From positions 1-33,676 of the forward strand of contig JAUCBJ010002387.1 in assembly GCA_032718475.1 (NCBI GenBank): a stretch of DNA of 33,676 nucleotides, read 5' to 3'. Within the stretch, counting starts at the first letter, position 1. Each line of letters starts with the position of its first letter. The notes below the pieces were generated by a model, which had not been told where the DNA came from, did no database searches, and worked only from the letters and a program-made list of their open reading frames with translations. The DNA is from Nemertoderma westbladi (lineage: Eukaryota > Animalia > Xenacoelomorpha). The translations under genes and the position numbers were made by a program. Shown one piece after another: positions 1-12,234 of this stretch.

Positions 1-40
1 TACCGTTACTCGTTGTAACGTGATATATACACAATATATT

Positions 41-285
41 AGAATACTGGTATGCTTATAACATATAAGTATTATTACAGACTAGATTTGTCACAGAGTA
101 CCGGTATATAATTTTAGCACAAATATATATATATATATAGTAGGCCTATAATGAATACCGGTATACAGCTTACACTTACAGCATGTAAGTATAATTATGA
201 ACTAGAATTAATTACAGAGTACCGGTATGATTTCAGCTCAAATTTATAGAGATAAATATAATAAGCCTATGGTAAGTACCGGTAT
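41..285. repeat. Degenerate ~120-bp tandem repeat containing TACCGGTAT motifs
   Basis: ACTAGA...ACAGAGTACCGGTAT...AAAT...GCCTAT occurs at ~81-150 and ~201-270. Confidence 0.65.
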
Positions 286-1261
286 GTCAATTATTTTTAT
301 AATAATTGAATTCCTGAATATTTTAGGGTTACTCAGTTACTTTAACTTACTTTATTACCGTTATTTAAGCAGTAGTCCAATTGATATTGAGACCTAGTTG
401 TTGTCTGGCAGGCCTACTATTTATAAATCGTTTGAGTTGATTTATAATAGATATATACCCGTTTATATGGGTTTTTGTCAATATTTGAAATAAATGTTAT
501 TATTTCTGGGGGGTCACTACACAGAAGCTGTGCGCTCTCAGTGAAGTGCTATTTATTTGACACTAAAACTGATAATTCTAATTTACCTAAGTTACTTAAT
601 ACTACAAATTACTTACGATACGGGTGAGATTAATTCTCTAATTAAAACACAACAAAATATTACGTACGAAATTTTTAGGGTAATTTTACAGGAAGTCTAC
701 AACCAGCCTAACAAAGGGTTAGATTTCTGGTTATTACAACGGACAGGGTACTACGGTATTTGAAATAATAAGTAGTAGTAAATATATTGTACTGTCCAGA
801 TAGGAAAATACCACCGCCTGACGACCTATAACCGTATCGCTATAGGTACTACGTTATGTATCACGGATTGTTCCTACCCAGAAGCTAATAGAGCTAACGA
901 ATGTGCCTATCAACCACTTTACAACACAAATATACTGCCTACACTAATTACTTCGGAAAGCACTGTACACTAAACCCTAAATTAGGTACAAGTACCGGTA
1001 TAACAAATAATTAGTAGTTAAATATACTTGAACAGTTAAAAGAACCACGGCATCTGCTGGAGTGACCGAAGCACAAAGTCGTCAGTCTTTACCTACGCCA
1101 AGCAGCCCTGATGTAGTACCGGGGTTAGTTTAACTATAACGGTATGTATAACAAGCACAATTACTGTAGGAATAAACTTGGGGACATGAATGTTGCGAAT
1201 AATCGCATAAACTCTGAATAATAAATATTACGCTACCCGCACAGAATACTCAAACAAATAC

Positions 1262-1790
1262 AAACCAAACGCTGGCAGACTACTATTAAGCCTAAACAAA
1301 CTACAGTATGTGCAGATTCTGAAACTGTTAGTTAGTATGCGTTCTAACACGGTAGTACGACTTACTCTTTAAGAGGGGATTGGCCTTACCGCTTATGGCT
1401 GCCCCAACTTACTAACGGCACTTGATCAGACCAACTCTACACACGCAGCAATCCCTTCAGACCTAAAAATAGCTAGACAACAATCCAGCCTACAAATATT
1501 TGAGTAATAACTATTACGGTACCTGAACAGACCACACAAACAAACACAGGCCAAAACACTGGCAGACTGCGATCAAGCCTAAACAAACTACAGTATATGC
1601 AGACTCTGAAACTGTTAGTTAGTATGCGTTCTAACACGGTAGTACGACTTACTCTTTAAGAGGGGATTGACCTTACCGCTTATGGCTGCCCCAACTTACT
1701 AACGGCACTTTATCAGACAAACTCTACACACGCCGTAATCTCTCCAAACTCAACAACAGTCAGACAGCAGCTCAGCCTACAATTATTTGA
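1262..1790. repeat. Two-copy ~287-bp direct repeat
   Basis: CTGGCAGACT...TCTGAAACTGTTAGTTAGTATGCGTTCTAACACGGTAGTACGACTTACTCTTTAAGAGGGGATTG...AACTCTACACACGC starts at ~1272 and ~1559. The core is nearly identical and the flanks are diverged. Confidence 0.92.
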
Positions 1791-3492
1791 ACAATCTGAG
1801 CAGACTTACACGTCTTCAGCTCAATATTAACTTACTAGGAAATAAAACCGACAGAAATAAGTAAGCTCCAAAAGAAACAAGGGGTGTACAGTCCCTAATC
1901 TCTTAAACAGCCTACCGGTATACAATGATCAAAATCGAATAATACTAAATGTACTTGTACAGCAGTACCGGTACCGGTGATGACAGTTAGGCCTACTGAC
2001 CTACAGAAGCACCGGTTCAGTTTTACCAGTCACTACGGTATTTTGCAACCTTATTGCCTACTGCAATAAGATTATAAACTGTTACTGTTCGCGCTTTTGA
2101 AGACCTTTAGCAGTTTAACCTGCCAAAATTTATATGTCTTCTAGTTAATTAAAACACCTTTAGCATACGACAATATTTTATGCTAATACACAAAACATTA
2201 CCCGAAGTCAGCCCATGCGCGATCATTCACCCGATGGATCTACACCCGGGAGGCTGAATTCGGCTGCTTAAATTGTATTATTGCAGTGTAAGGTTGCAGT
2301 GTATACCTACTGTATTATTCGATAGATCGTTAATAATTAATCTCTGACAGATATTATTGGCTTTCGGGAAATATTAACAGTTCCTTTAGGACGTGGCGCT
2401 TTATCTATTTAAACAGAACTAAGACTTATACTAAAACGCAACGATACTGCTTATGATTAAAGTATAAAGCGTATTCTTTAGGAAATACTTTGTTACCAAT
2501 CGCAATCATACACACTATTCTGCCGACCGTCAGTATATTTGATCATACATAAAGAGAGCAGCAATTGACTCACGTAGGGTCTGCTAAATAACATTGGATT
2601 CAATACACACCACATTAATATAAATCGCAATTGTTATGTATAGCCGGTCTCTCTAACCTGTAGTGTATCAAGAAAATTGGGAATTTGGGTGATTTATCCG
2701 TATTATCCAAAGAGCAATATTTCCATCAACAAATAGGTACAATTAATAACTGACGGTAAAATAACAGTACAAACAATATGATTAATAGTGAGTTATTGAG
2801 ATATTTTAAGATTTGTTAAGTTAGGTAACAGTTTATACTTTCGATAATTCAAGCAGTTTACTATAGTTCTTACCAAAAGGCCGGTGTTTCTGGCTTAGAC
2901 AGCAATAACAACAAAGTATCAAGTAAGAGCAGTAAGACTGAACACTCTCCTTATGATCGGCCGAAAAGCTACACGTCGACAGGAAAAATCGCTCTGATTG
3001 GCTCAAGCCAAACAAAGAACCATGCGTCCAATGGCTGTTTCCATGTCAGCAACCAGCTGTTAGATGTCGTAATATGAATCATCACGGCTAAGCTGTGAAA
3101 GGTAGTTGGTGCATTACAGGTTTTTTGCCTTACCATGTCCGCCAAAACACGTATATAGCAGAATGATTTTTATGTCCGTTAAAACACCTGTAAAGGTACC
3201 TTGCGGGCGAGGGGAATATATATACAGTTAGAGAACCCTTTTAGAGTATTCCAGCGCCTGGGGGGAACTGGTCAGCAAAGGCAAACGTATCAGTTATCCC
3301 ACAAAAGCTTTTACACGTATGTTCAGCATACTTTCATTATATGGGATTCCTGGTGAAATTATTGCAGAAATCAGATCAGTATACAATGGTTTGACAACAT
3401 TTGTGTCTACTGTTGACGGTGACACAGAACCATTTGAAGTGTTATGGGGCGTCCTCCAGGGAGACACACTTGCACCATTCTTGTTCATAATT

Positions 3493-5225
3493 AGTACCGT
3501 GACGACACTCTATGCTTCCTAGTAGTAGGTGTAAGGACTGCTTGGTACTGCTATACTGCTTACAGACATACTGACTCACTGCTGACCGGTTGCCGGTACG
3601 CTGCTGAATACCTGAACATTTATGTATAACGTCTTGCAGGACATGGCTGAGGATTGTAAACGGCCCCACTGCAGCCATATTAGAAACGACATTCTGGCGT
3701 ATATCTGGGCATCTCACGTAAAGGGATTAACCCGGGATAGTATTATATCAATGGCACAACCATGGCCAAAATTCACGGATACCAAGTTCCGCGAAGCAAA
3801 GAGTGTTTTGTTGGGGCTAATCCCTGACTCGGACAGGGGAAAACATAAACAAAGCTTCTGGAAGTCGCGGATGAGTGGCGATTCGCTGTGTAAGAATATC
3901 CTTATGGATAGATATGTTAGACGTGTTTGATTACCCTGCTTTTGTAGAGCTTCGTAATCGTGATGATGTGGAATTTATACCGGATGATCTATCGGCTCTT
4001 CCACCATTCTCCATATGTGATGCGGATGTGGCAATTCTAATCATGTCGGTAAGCATACTACAGGACCGTCTTGCAGTAGTTGAGTCAGTCTGTTCTGACT
4101 TACAACGCCAGAGACAGACGCATTATGCGGATACAGGTACTGGTGGGCGGGAGGTTAGTGTTAGCAGACCTGCCGGTACCATAGTTCCAGATACGTCTAC
4201 CAGCGCTTGGTCCACTGATGATAGTATCTTGGACGTTAGCATTATACCAATATCCAGTAATCCAACAGAGGAACCGCCCTCTGCAACTGGACCTATTACC
4301 AGCAGTATGCCTAATGATTTACCTGTGCGACGTACTGGTAATGCTGCTCGTGGAGATCGGACCAGCTGGGCTGCTGTTGCTGCAACTCCGGTGCTGACTG
4401 GGCCACCCGCTCTACCCAGTCAGTCTCAGGTCCCTTCGGATAATCGAGCCTTTCATCTTGTTGGTACCGATGGTAGGCATCGGCCAGCAAAACGATCTAA
4501 ACCTCCGCGCGACGGTCGGGAGGTATCTGATGGTACGGTTCGGCGTGGGAGTGCGATTATCGAAAACTCAAATCGTATTAAGCGTCCGTCTCATCGACAG
4601 TTTACTAGAGGATCAGCTCAATCTTTGGTGTTCCCTACGGTGCAACCAGTAAGGAAATTATATCTAGTTGGTTGCGGATCCGGAGTTGAACCCGATACTA
4701 TTGTTAACTTCATTAAAGAATCACTCTGCGTGGATATTGAATGTGAGAAGGCACCGACATCACGCAAGGGTCAATCATCATTCATCATCACCTGTAAGGC
4801 AGGCGACCGCGACACTCTATTGGATCCTAACACCTGGCCAGTTAACTCCATGATAACTTGTACTTCCCTCTTAAGAAGCGTCTAGAATCAGGCAATATCA
4901 CTGCTGAGTCTCTGTCTAAACGTATAATAAACAATAATGGGTGGCACTCCCCTCCTGCTTCGAAGTCATCAACTCTTCCATCCAGCCCGGTACCAGTTTT
5001 AACGTCGGACACGGTCAGTTTGTCTGAATAATTATTGCTGGTATAATAATTGTTTAATTTCAATTTATTTTATTGTAATACCCAAACCCCAAGGTATTGT
5101 TTTATTGAATGTTGTGTTGATATTAAATAATATATATATTTATATTGTACTTTATATTATACTACTTCGTTTTTATTATGTGCCGTTAGGCGTGGAATAA
5201 AATTAAAATAAAATAAATAAATAAA
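3493..5225 (+). mobile_element. ORF1-only non-autonomous non-LTR retroposon (HAL1-like) inserted in RTE copy 1
   Basis: Flanked by ATAATT (3487-3492 and 5226-5231); removing it restores the RTE sequence. Ends ATGTGCCGTTAGGCGTGGAATAAA plus a (TAAA)n-like tail. Carries a single ORF1-type protein and no EN/RT. Confidence 0.75.
3622..5031 (+). pseudogene. LINE ORF1-like protein, about 470 aa after repairing two frameshifts
   Basis: ORF 3622-3930 joins 3875-4885 through a GATA duplication at ~3907-3914 (ILMD-MLDVF). A -1 shift near 4858 continues YFPLKKRLE...SLSE* to 5031. N-terminal NDILAY...AK..L...DLSALPP...DV, then a coiled-coil-like segment and a S/P/R-rich linker. C-terminal RRM-like LYLVG...SFIITC...LLDPNTWP. 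Confidence 0.75.
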
Positions 5226-5257
5226 ATAATTGTTGTTGACTATGTTATGTTCTACGC

Positions 5258-6136
5258 ATGTCCTTAGATCATCATAATGATGATGGGGTGATGATAACTC
5301 CACCTACTGGTTCCAGAAGTCGAGGAAATCCTGCCAAGTACCTAACTGATCTAGACTTTGCTGATGATTTAGGAGTACTCTCAGAATCACTAGAGGGCGC
5401 CCAACGGCTCCTCAGCTCGTTAGAACATGCTGCTTCTAGTGTTGGTCTTTTTATTAACTCCAGAAAGACCAAAATTTTGACAGTTAACTTTGAAAGTCCT
5501 CAGCAAGTCTCTGATCGGATGAGCATAAGCGCAAAAGATGGTATGCTTGAGCATGTGGATGACTTCTGTTACCTGGGATCATGGATCCGGAAGTCAGGTG
5601 AGGACCTACGAATACGTAAGGGAAAGGCATGGGCAGCCTTGAATAGGCTTTCCAGGATTTGGAAGTCACCGAGAATTAATCGGAAACTTAAGGTCCGTTT
5701 ATTTAGAGCAGCAGTAGTTCCAGTACTCCTCTATAGGAGTCCATGCTGGGCTGTAACTGCTAAGGACACCAAATCTCTGGATGGCACATTCATAAGAATG
5801 CTACGCCGGGTTCATTGTGTCAAGTTCAATGCACACATCTCCAACCAGACACTATATAACATTGGAGGTGTCTCATTGGTTCCCCCAAGCTTGACACTAG
5901 AACAAAATCGCCTCCGCTTTGCAGGACATTGCTTTGGCCGTGAGGACCAGCCAGTGCATAATCTTGTACTTTGGCAGCCTCATGGAGTGAATAAGCATGG
6001 TGGACAGTCCATGACTTTCTTGAGACGCATCTTAAAGGACACTGGCCTTGAAGATGCGGATGATCTAGCAAATGTCATGGGTGATAGGGAGTTGTGGCGG
6101 TGCAATTTTGTTGATAAGCCGGCACAGCATTCTTAA
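5258..6136 (+). pseudogene. C-terminal half of RTE reverse transcriptase
   Basis: FADD motif, GLFINSRKTK, FCYLGS and RLRFAGH; near-identical to the C-terminal part of 19376-20758. Confidence 0.9.
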
Positions 6137-6615
6137 AAATGCAGCTGCAATGCAGCATGCCGATCCTAGTAGTACATCATCTTCTAAGGAATAAATAATC
6201 ACTATTCTCAGTAGGTGGATGACTTATAGCAGTAGCTTCATCAAAAAAATTAAGTTCCCTTTCTAAATCACCATCAAGTTCATTTGAAATATCCATTATA
6301 ATGAATGAATTATGGCCCTACTAATTACCCAAAATGCTACTAATTATCCAAAAAGATGTGAGTGAAGCTGCGTACTGTTATGGACCCCAACAATATTCAG
6401 GACAATGATGGAAGATCTATACAGATTATGATACCTATACCTACCCCACAACTTTAAGTCCATTATAACACTACTAAATGTACTCTATCTAGCTGTACTG
6501 TACCATTACCATATAACAACTGTAGCCATAATTTCAACATACTGTAGTTTCGGCTATATGAATATTGGCCTATACACATAGGGTATAGGCCAACTAATCA
6601 ATGTGAAAATAATAA

Positions 6616-8670
6616 TCAAAAATAACTAATCAAAAAAATGTGACCATTTATGGATTCTGTTGTTGGAAGGAGATCCAGTAAACTTTTGCTCGGGTTGCTG
6701 GTGAATAACAAGTACCGTAGATCGTCGAATGTACTACATGTTGATTTAAATTGAACCACTTTCACAAGATATGTCTCAGCCAGTGGAAACATTAATTTCG
6801 ACACATTCTGATCTTCACCAACATTTAACAGGGTTTGCCCCGGGTTTGCTTTTAAAGCAGCAGCTTTCGTACCAACCTTGCTTGTTACGTCACACCCAGT
6901 AAGTATGTGAGCCTTCACTATCACATTACATGTTAATGATCCAAGCTTTAGCGCTATTTCATGTAGACTCAAATATCTTTTAATATTTTTGGCACCAACT
7001 CTAACCGATAACTCTAAAAGTCTAAGTTTGAAGAAATAATGCATAAAGTATAATAACATAACAACATCAGTATCATTTGACAAAACTAAGACACGTTGCT
7101 AGCCGTTGTTTATTGAATGTTGTATGTGTGTTATTAGTCTCATATCGGCTTCTTCTAGATCTTCTAGACTTTGGCAGTATGGAAACTTCCTAAAAGTGGA
7201 ACTAAATCTGAAAATAAATCAAGCTTGGCCATTATTACCTCAACCACAAGTCTGTAAACTCCTTCATCAGAAAATATAGGCAATGCTGTCTGATTCAATT
7301 GAGATAAAATTCATTTGAAGTTTAGAAATGAAGTAAAACGGTTGATATTTCAGTGACAGGATTTGGAATAAATGGGAAAAAACTAACATTCATCAATGGA
7401 ATGTAACCTGAACTAACAATTAGTGAGCTACAACCTGCCCATGTGGGAACCAAATCATCAATGCTCTTCGGATTCAGACCACATTTAACCATATTCAGAA
7501 CAAATTCAACATATGTACAATGTACATGCCTGTTTAACTTCCCCTAATTCAAGTATCTCAGGCTCCACATTGAAGTCATTAGGAATGCTTGACTTTTCAA
7601 CTGTGGAAAAAAATGGCGTTATCTTCTGGCAAGGCAACTTCCCAGGTATATTTATGTTATTAAGGTCAAAAACAGATATGTTCGGCTTAGAAGGCAACCT
7701 GCCATGAACTGGTTGCACTTGAAATATAACTTGAACTGTATCGTGATCACCATGGGTCCCTGATGGGGATGATTTATCAGGGTGATCAAAATTATCTAAT
7801 GCTCCCATTGTAAATGAGTCTGACACAAAGTGACTAGGCAACGGAGTATTAAATCCAGCACATGTTGCAACTGTGTATTTAGCAAGATTGTTATGTATCG
7901 ATTTATAGGACTTGTAACTGATGCTCGTCCCAATAGGATTCGCAGTAATTAGATTCCGACTTTTATTCTTGTCATATATTTCATTTGCCGTCATTACATG
8001 CAAAGGTGTTTTCTTGGTACCTCTATGGACATTGTAGTATAGTATTTGAAATATGGAATGCATTCTAGTGTTCATTCCATCCACATTATCATCATCGTCA
8101 TCATCATCGTTATGATTGTTGGGTTCTGGTGTGAGGTGTTCATTGCCTAAAGCATTGGGCTGATCAAACAATTTATTTAATAATATTTTGAGAACAGTTG
8201 GCATTTTTGATTTTCTGCCAAGAGTCTCTAAGCTGCTCAGCATCACAGAATTTGTTTTCTAAGTTAACGTTTACATTTAATAATGATTTTCGAATTTCCT
8301 CAGCTACATACTGTGTTTAATTAATGGTTCTCATGCGTCTTACTATTTCATGCACATGAAAAGATCCTGAAAAAAAAAGCTTTTTAATAATTTTTAAGTC
8401 TGTGAGGTGTTCATTGCCTAAAGCATTGGGCTGATCAAACAATTTATTTAATAATATTTTGAGAACAGTTGGCATTTTTGATTTTCTGCCAAGAGTCTCT
8501 AAGCTGCTCAGCATCACAGAATTTGTTTTCTAAGTTAACGTTTACATTTAATAATGATTTTCGAATTTCCTCAGCTACATACTGTGTTTGATTAATGGTT
8601 CTCATGCGTCTTACTATTTCATGCACATGAAAAGATCCTGAAAAAAAAGCTTTTTAATAATTTTTAAGTC
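6616..8670 (-). pseudogene. Decayed AcademX-like DNA transposase (DDE-like region plus XPG/FEN1-like nuclease domain)
   Basis: GALDNFDH...SGTHGDHDT in 7506-8246. EEADMRLITH...LSNDTDV (~7070-7155) and HILTGCDVTSKVGTK (H3TH-like) in 6616-7083. Contains stops and frameshifts. Confidence 0.65.
8130..8670. repeat. Near-perfect ~271-bp tandem duplication
   Basis: 8130-8400 and 8401-8670 both start TGTGAGGTGTTCATTGCC and end TTTTTAAGTC. Confidence 0.95.
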
Positions 8671-10216
8671 AGAATTTAGTAAATTTAAAATAATTTAAAT
8701 ACTTAAAATTTAATAAAATAATACAATATACAGTAATATTCGATTCTTGACAGAGGAGGGAAACTTGACACAAATGGCGAATCATTTCGATCAATTCGCC
8801 ATCATGGCGAATTAATGTATATCTCATATCCGCGAAACATCATTGTTAATTATCAATTAAGGGAAAAGAGCAGGCTACATTAGCCCATGAAAATAAACAT
8901 AAGTTAATAGCATATAATGTCATTAGTATTGCCCAGGTACCAAACTTTGTATTTTTGTGTGTTTTATGTATTGCATTGTTCTTCATTAGTGTTCTGGAAA
9001 TATTCTATGTGGTGTCAGCTATTGTTAGGTAAAAGAATTATGTCATAGAGGAAATATTTTTTGTTCTAGAACAATTTTTTAAAATTGACTAATTTTATTG
9101 GAAATTATTTGTTATGTGTAATTCATTTTCTTGCAGTGTCAGTTTTTCAATCCAAAGACATGTACTTTTAAGAAGAACTGTCTGACATGCATTGAACCGT
9201 GCTTCTGTTGTGGAGGTTGTGCCCTGTAGAAATACAGAAATACAATAATACATACATTTTTATATGTTGTTATTTTGTGACTATTTTTCAATTTTACTGA
9301 TTGTTTTACCAATTGTTCGTATTTTACTGTACTGTATGTGTGTATAGATTATAAAATTAAAGATGTTCACCAGCAGTGATGGTGAATTGCTAAGCCACTA
9401 TTTACTAACCCATATAAATTATCAGGGTAAAGTATGGCCATTGTTTTTCGCTATGCAAATGTTATGTAACTATACACATAGTGAATATATTCTTTATTTT
9501 GGAACCCACACAGAATCTTGCACTAGTGCCCAATTACATTAAATTAAATTTGCTTTTACCCACATAAAAGTTGCGGGTCAATATTTTGCCGTGGTTGCCA
9601 TTGTGTTTGGTTCTCCGGCCCCAACCATAATTATATTATCTACACTACTAACCTTTAACTCTTATGGATAAAGTACTGCCACATTTATCGTTGTACATAT
9701 CTTGTAACTAAACCATATAAATATATTTTCCTTATTTTTGCTTTACCATATTTCCAATTATGCCAACCAAATGTAACTAAAATTAAGTATAATAATTTCA
9801 TTATATTTCTGGAATACATGCATAGTCGCTCTAATGCGCTCTATCTATGCCTAATATGTATACCCTTTCTATTCATTTTGTAAAACACCCGTGACTCCAA
9901 CTACTTGTCTTAGGAATGATACAGAGATACTTTACTGTTTGCCTATAGTTTTCTGACACTAACCAAAATCGTATTAATTGCCCATAATCTTATTAATATG
10001 GGTTTAGGCCGTTCTAGGCTTTGTGTCTATATTCTGTTACTTAAAATTTCACATATTTGTAGTGTATTTTTGTGCAATCTCAATAAATCTATATTTAATT
10101 ATAATTATACTGGAATATTCGTTGTTATTATTTGTAAAATATCTGATGGCATAATAAAAACAGATCAGATTAATACATTTCAAATTATTTCCTCGTATCC
10201 ATCTTGGACTCCAAGG

Positions 10217-10488
10217 TTCCACCTTGGTGTAGTGGTCGCATTGAATTCACATCTCCCGTAGGTCGTGGGTTCGATCCTCACATGGGCCAGGGCAGTTTTC
10301 GTTTTGGCAGCTTTAAAGGGACCAGCCAGGGCGCATCTCTGCCTTGCATCCTTAAGTGGTAGCTAAATGAGTACTGGAGTTTCCTCTGGGGAGTAAAGTT
10401 CTGGGGGGACCGCACTGGAAATAAGTCGACAGACTTTGTGCGTAATCCCTGGCCAAGTGGCCGACGAAAATTTACTTTTTACTTTTTT
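10217..10488 (+). mobile_element. tRNA-derived SINE with Nin/Deu-like central domain
   Basis: A box TGGTGTAGTGG (~10225) and B box GGTTCGATCC (~10268). Central GCCTTGCATCCTT...TAAATGAGTAC...TGGGGAGTAAAG resembles the Nin domain. (TTTAC)n-like tail. Confidence 0.8.
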
Positions 10489-11056
10489 ATCCATGGCAAC
10501 ATGATTAGTAGAGTTTACTAACATTAACTTTGTACATTACTCCCGTGGATGGATACTTATTGATAAATTTAGGAGATATATTTGGGCAGAAAAACGTTAT
10601 ATTTTGGAAAAAAAAATCAGTGCTAAGTAAATATTTACCCGTTGTTTTGGCCCTCATTTGAATATTCGGTCACCTAAACTTTAAGTAATTCGCTATATAA
10701 CAAAGTGTAACTTGACCAATTTTGGGGAAATTTAATTCAACCAATCACCCGTTTCTAAGGTAAGTAGTCTTTGTTGTCATGGTAACGGGGTGCCAATGAT
10801 ATTCAGAGGTGGTTCCCTATCTTAAGACACTCGCCCTTATATGGACTATCTTTGGGTAAGTTTTGGTGCTTTTATCACAAAATGCACAATTTCTCCAAAA
10901 TATGGAACTTAGTAAAGTACTTTAAGTAATTTACAACGTGTAGGAGTTATACAGCCGAGTATGGTACGAGTGAATGGTCTTCTCTTATTATTGTTAAGGC
11001 ACCTAATAAGGCATGGCGCTTAGGTGTAGACTATAGGGGACTTAATTACGTAGCGG

Positions 11057-11810
11057 TTACTCAGTTTTGGTCATTACCCAATATTGATTACATATTAGCA
11101 GAAGTTGGTGGTGCCAGACCAGAATATTGACCATGGTGTGGTGTGGCACAGAAATTATTAAATGAATACTCTGCTTTCTTCGTATTGACCAAGAATTCAC
11201 CAAACATGGCAGGTAAACCGAGTTCAAATTCTTGCCACTGCATCCATCTGCAAGCAGTTTAATATCTGCCATTCCCCTACCATCTTGGCAATGAAGCCAC
11301 TTATTTAAGAAATGATGAGATTTCATTCGATCCCCGCTGAGTGCACTTCATGCCACAAATTGCATTCAACCCCTTTTGAAGTCAGATTATAAATTGTAAA
11401 ATTATAATTTGCTAAAAATGTCAATAATAAAAAATTTCAGCCCTATTGGATTTTAGAGGATAAAATGACCTGCTCGAGGTCAAATGAAGCTGCAACGATT
11501 TGGTTACATTCATCAGCTTTTGTTGTTTTCGTTAAACCCTTTTTATCTCACTATATTTCAACTTTTCACTTGTGTGCTGCTCATACATGCAGCTCAGCAT
11601 TAATCTCACCACCAATAAGATTTTTGATCTTTAGAGTACTATTGCATTTCGCAATGACTGCACAAATTTTTTGGGTGATGGATAACTAGGTTTTCAGATT
11701 GAAAGACATTATAATATTTACTAAAGGAAACGGCAGGATTTCCTGCTTTATCTTCTTCAGCTAGCTTTATACGCACAGCTTCGCTTCAGGTTTCACCTCT
11801 ACAAGCCTTC
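11057..11810 (-). pseudogene. Degenerate Sola-like DDE transposase fragment
   Basis: LLADGCSGKNLN resembles the DxCxGQNKN motif, preceded by a CNLWHE-like segment at ~11345-11365. Heavily disrupted. Confidence 0.45.
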
Positions 11811-12234
11811 CATAACTACCCCCCCCCCCCCCCCCCCCCCGCAGATGCAGTCCCCCGGGCCCTATAGGGGCTGTTGCGCTGTCAGTCAGAGAGGTAACAG
11901 CCCATGGGGTAAGGATTTACCCATGGGGCTCTAACTATCAGATAGTCTGATACCAACTGTCAGACAGTCTTTTTCAACTATCAGATAGATGATCGCCCAG
12001 TTACAAGTTGCCCGATAGTTGTATTTTTTAAACCCCGAGTGTTGTTGACGGAATCTGTTACTTCCGAAATCGTTGATCGTGGTGCCGGTGCCGGAATTCT
12101 GGCTTTGATTAAAAACACTGAACTGCTGAACGATGATGGCGGAATCTACGAAACCCGGCCGGATTCATAATCCGAGGAGGCAACGGAGTCAATTACGATA
12201 AACAATGAAACGATCGCGATGGACAATGGAGTCT

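Larger units (their letters stand above)
14..3225 (-). mobile_element. Long non-coding LTR-like segment (possible solo or truncated giant LTR with AUG-depleted leader)
   Basis: Minus strand ends ...CACGTTACA at 14, an LTR-like terminus. CCAAT box AGCCAATCAG on - at ~2995-3004. No CAT on + at 185-1050 or 1209-2163. Contains internal direct repeats. No TSD or PBS found; right boundary uncertain. Confidence 0.35.
3314..6174 (+). mobile_element. RTE-clade LINE, copy 1 (5'-truncated, interrupted at 3493-5225)
   Basis: 3314-3492 plus 5232-6174 align nearly base-for-base with 19680-20793. Motifs GVLQGDTLAPFLF, DLDFADDL and YLGS. 3' end GCCGATCCTAGTAGTA. No TSD seen. Confidence 0.92.

Noticed and set aside
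557-763. 68-aa ORF
   Set aside because: Non-ATG start, no recognisable motif, and it lies in a non-coding repeat-like segment.
3517-3529. TCCTAGTAGTAGG in the ORF1-only element leader, identical to the RTE 3' end/TSD junction
   Set aside because: A short low-complexity match that cannot be distinguished from chance.
10495-10912. Possible Academ-type subterminal sequence (TTTGGTGCTTTTATCACAAAATGCACAATT)
   Set aside because: No partner TIR or TSD in the window, and the resemblance is from memory only.
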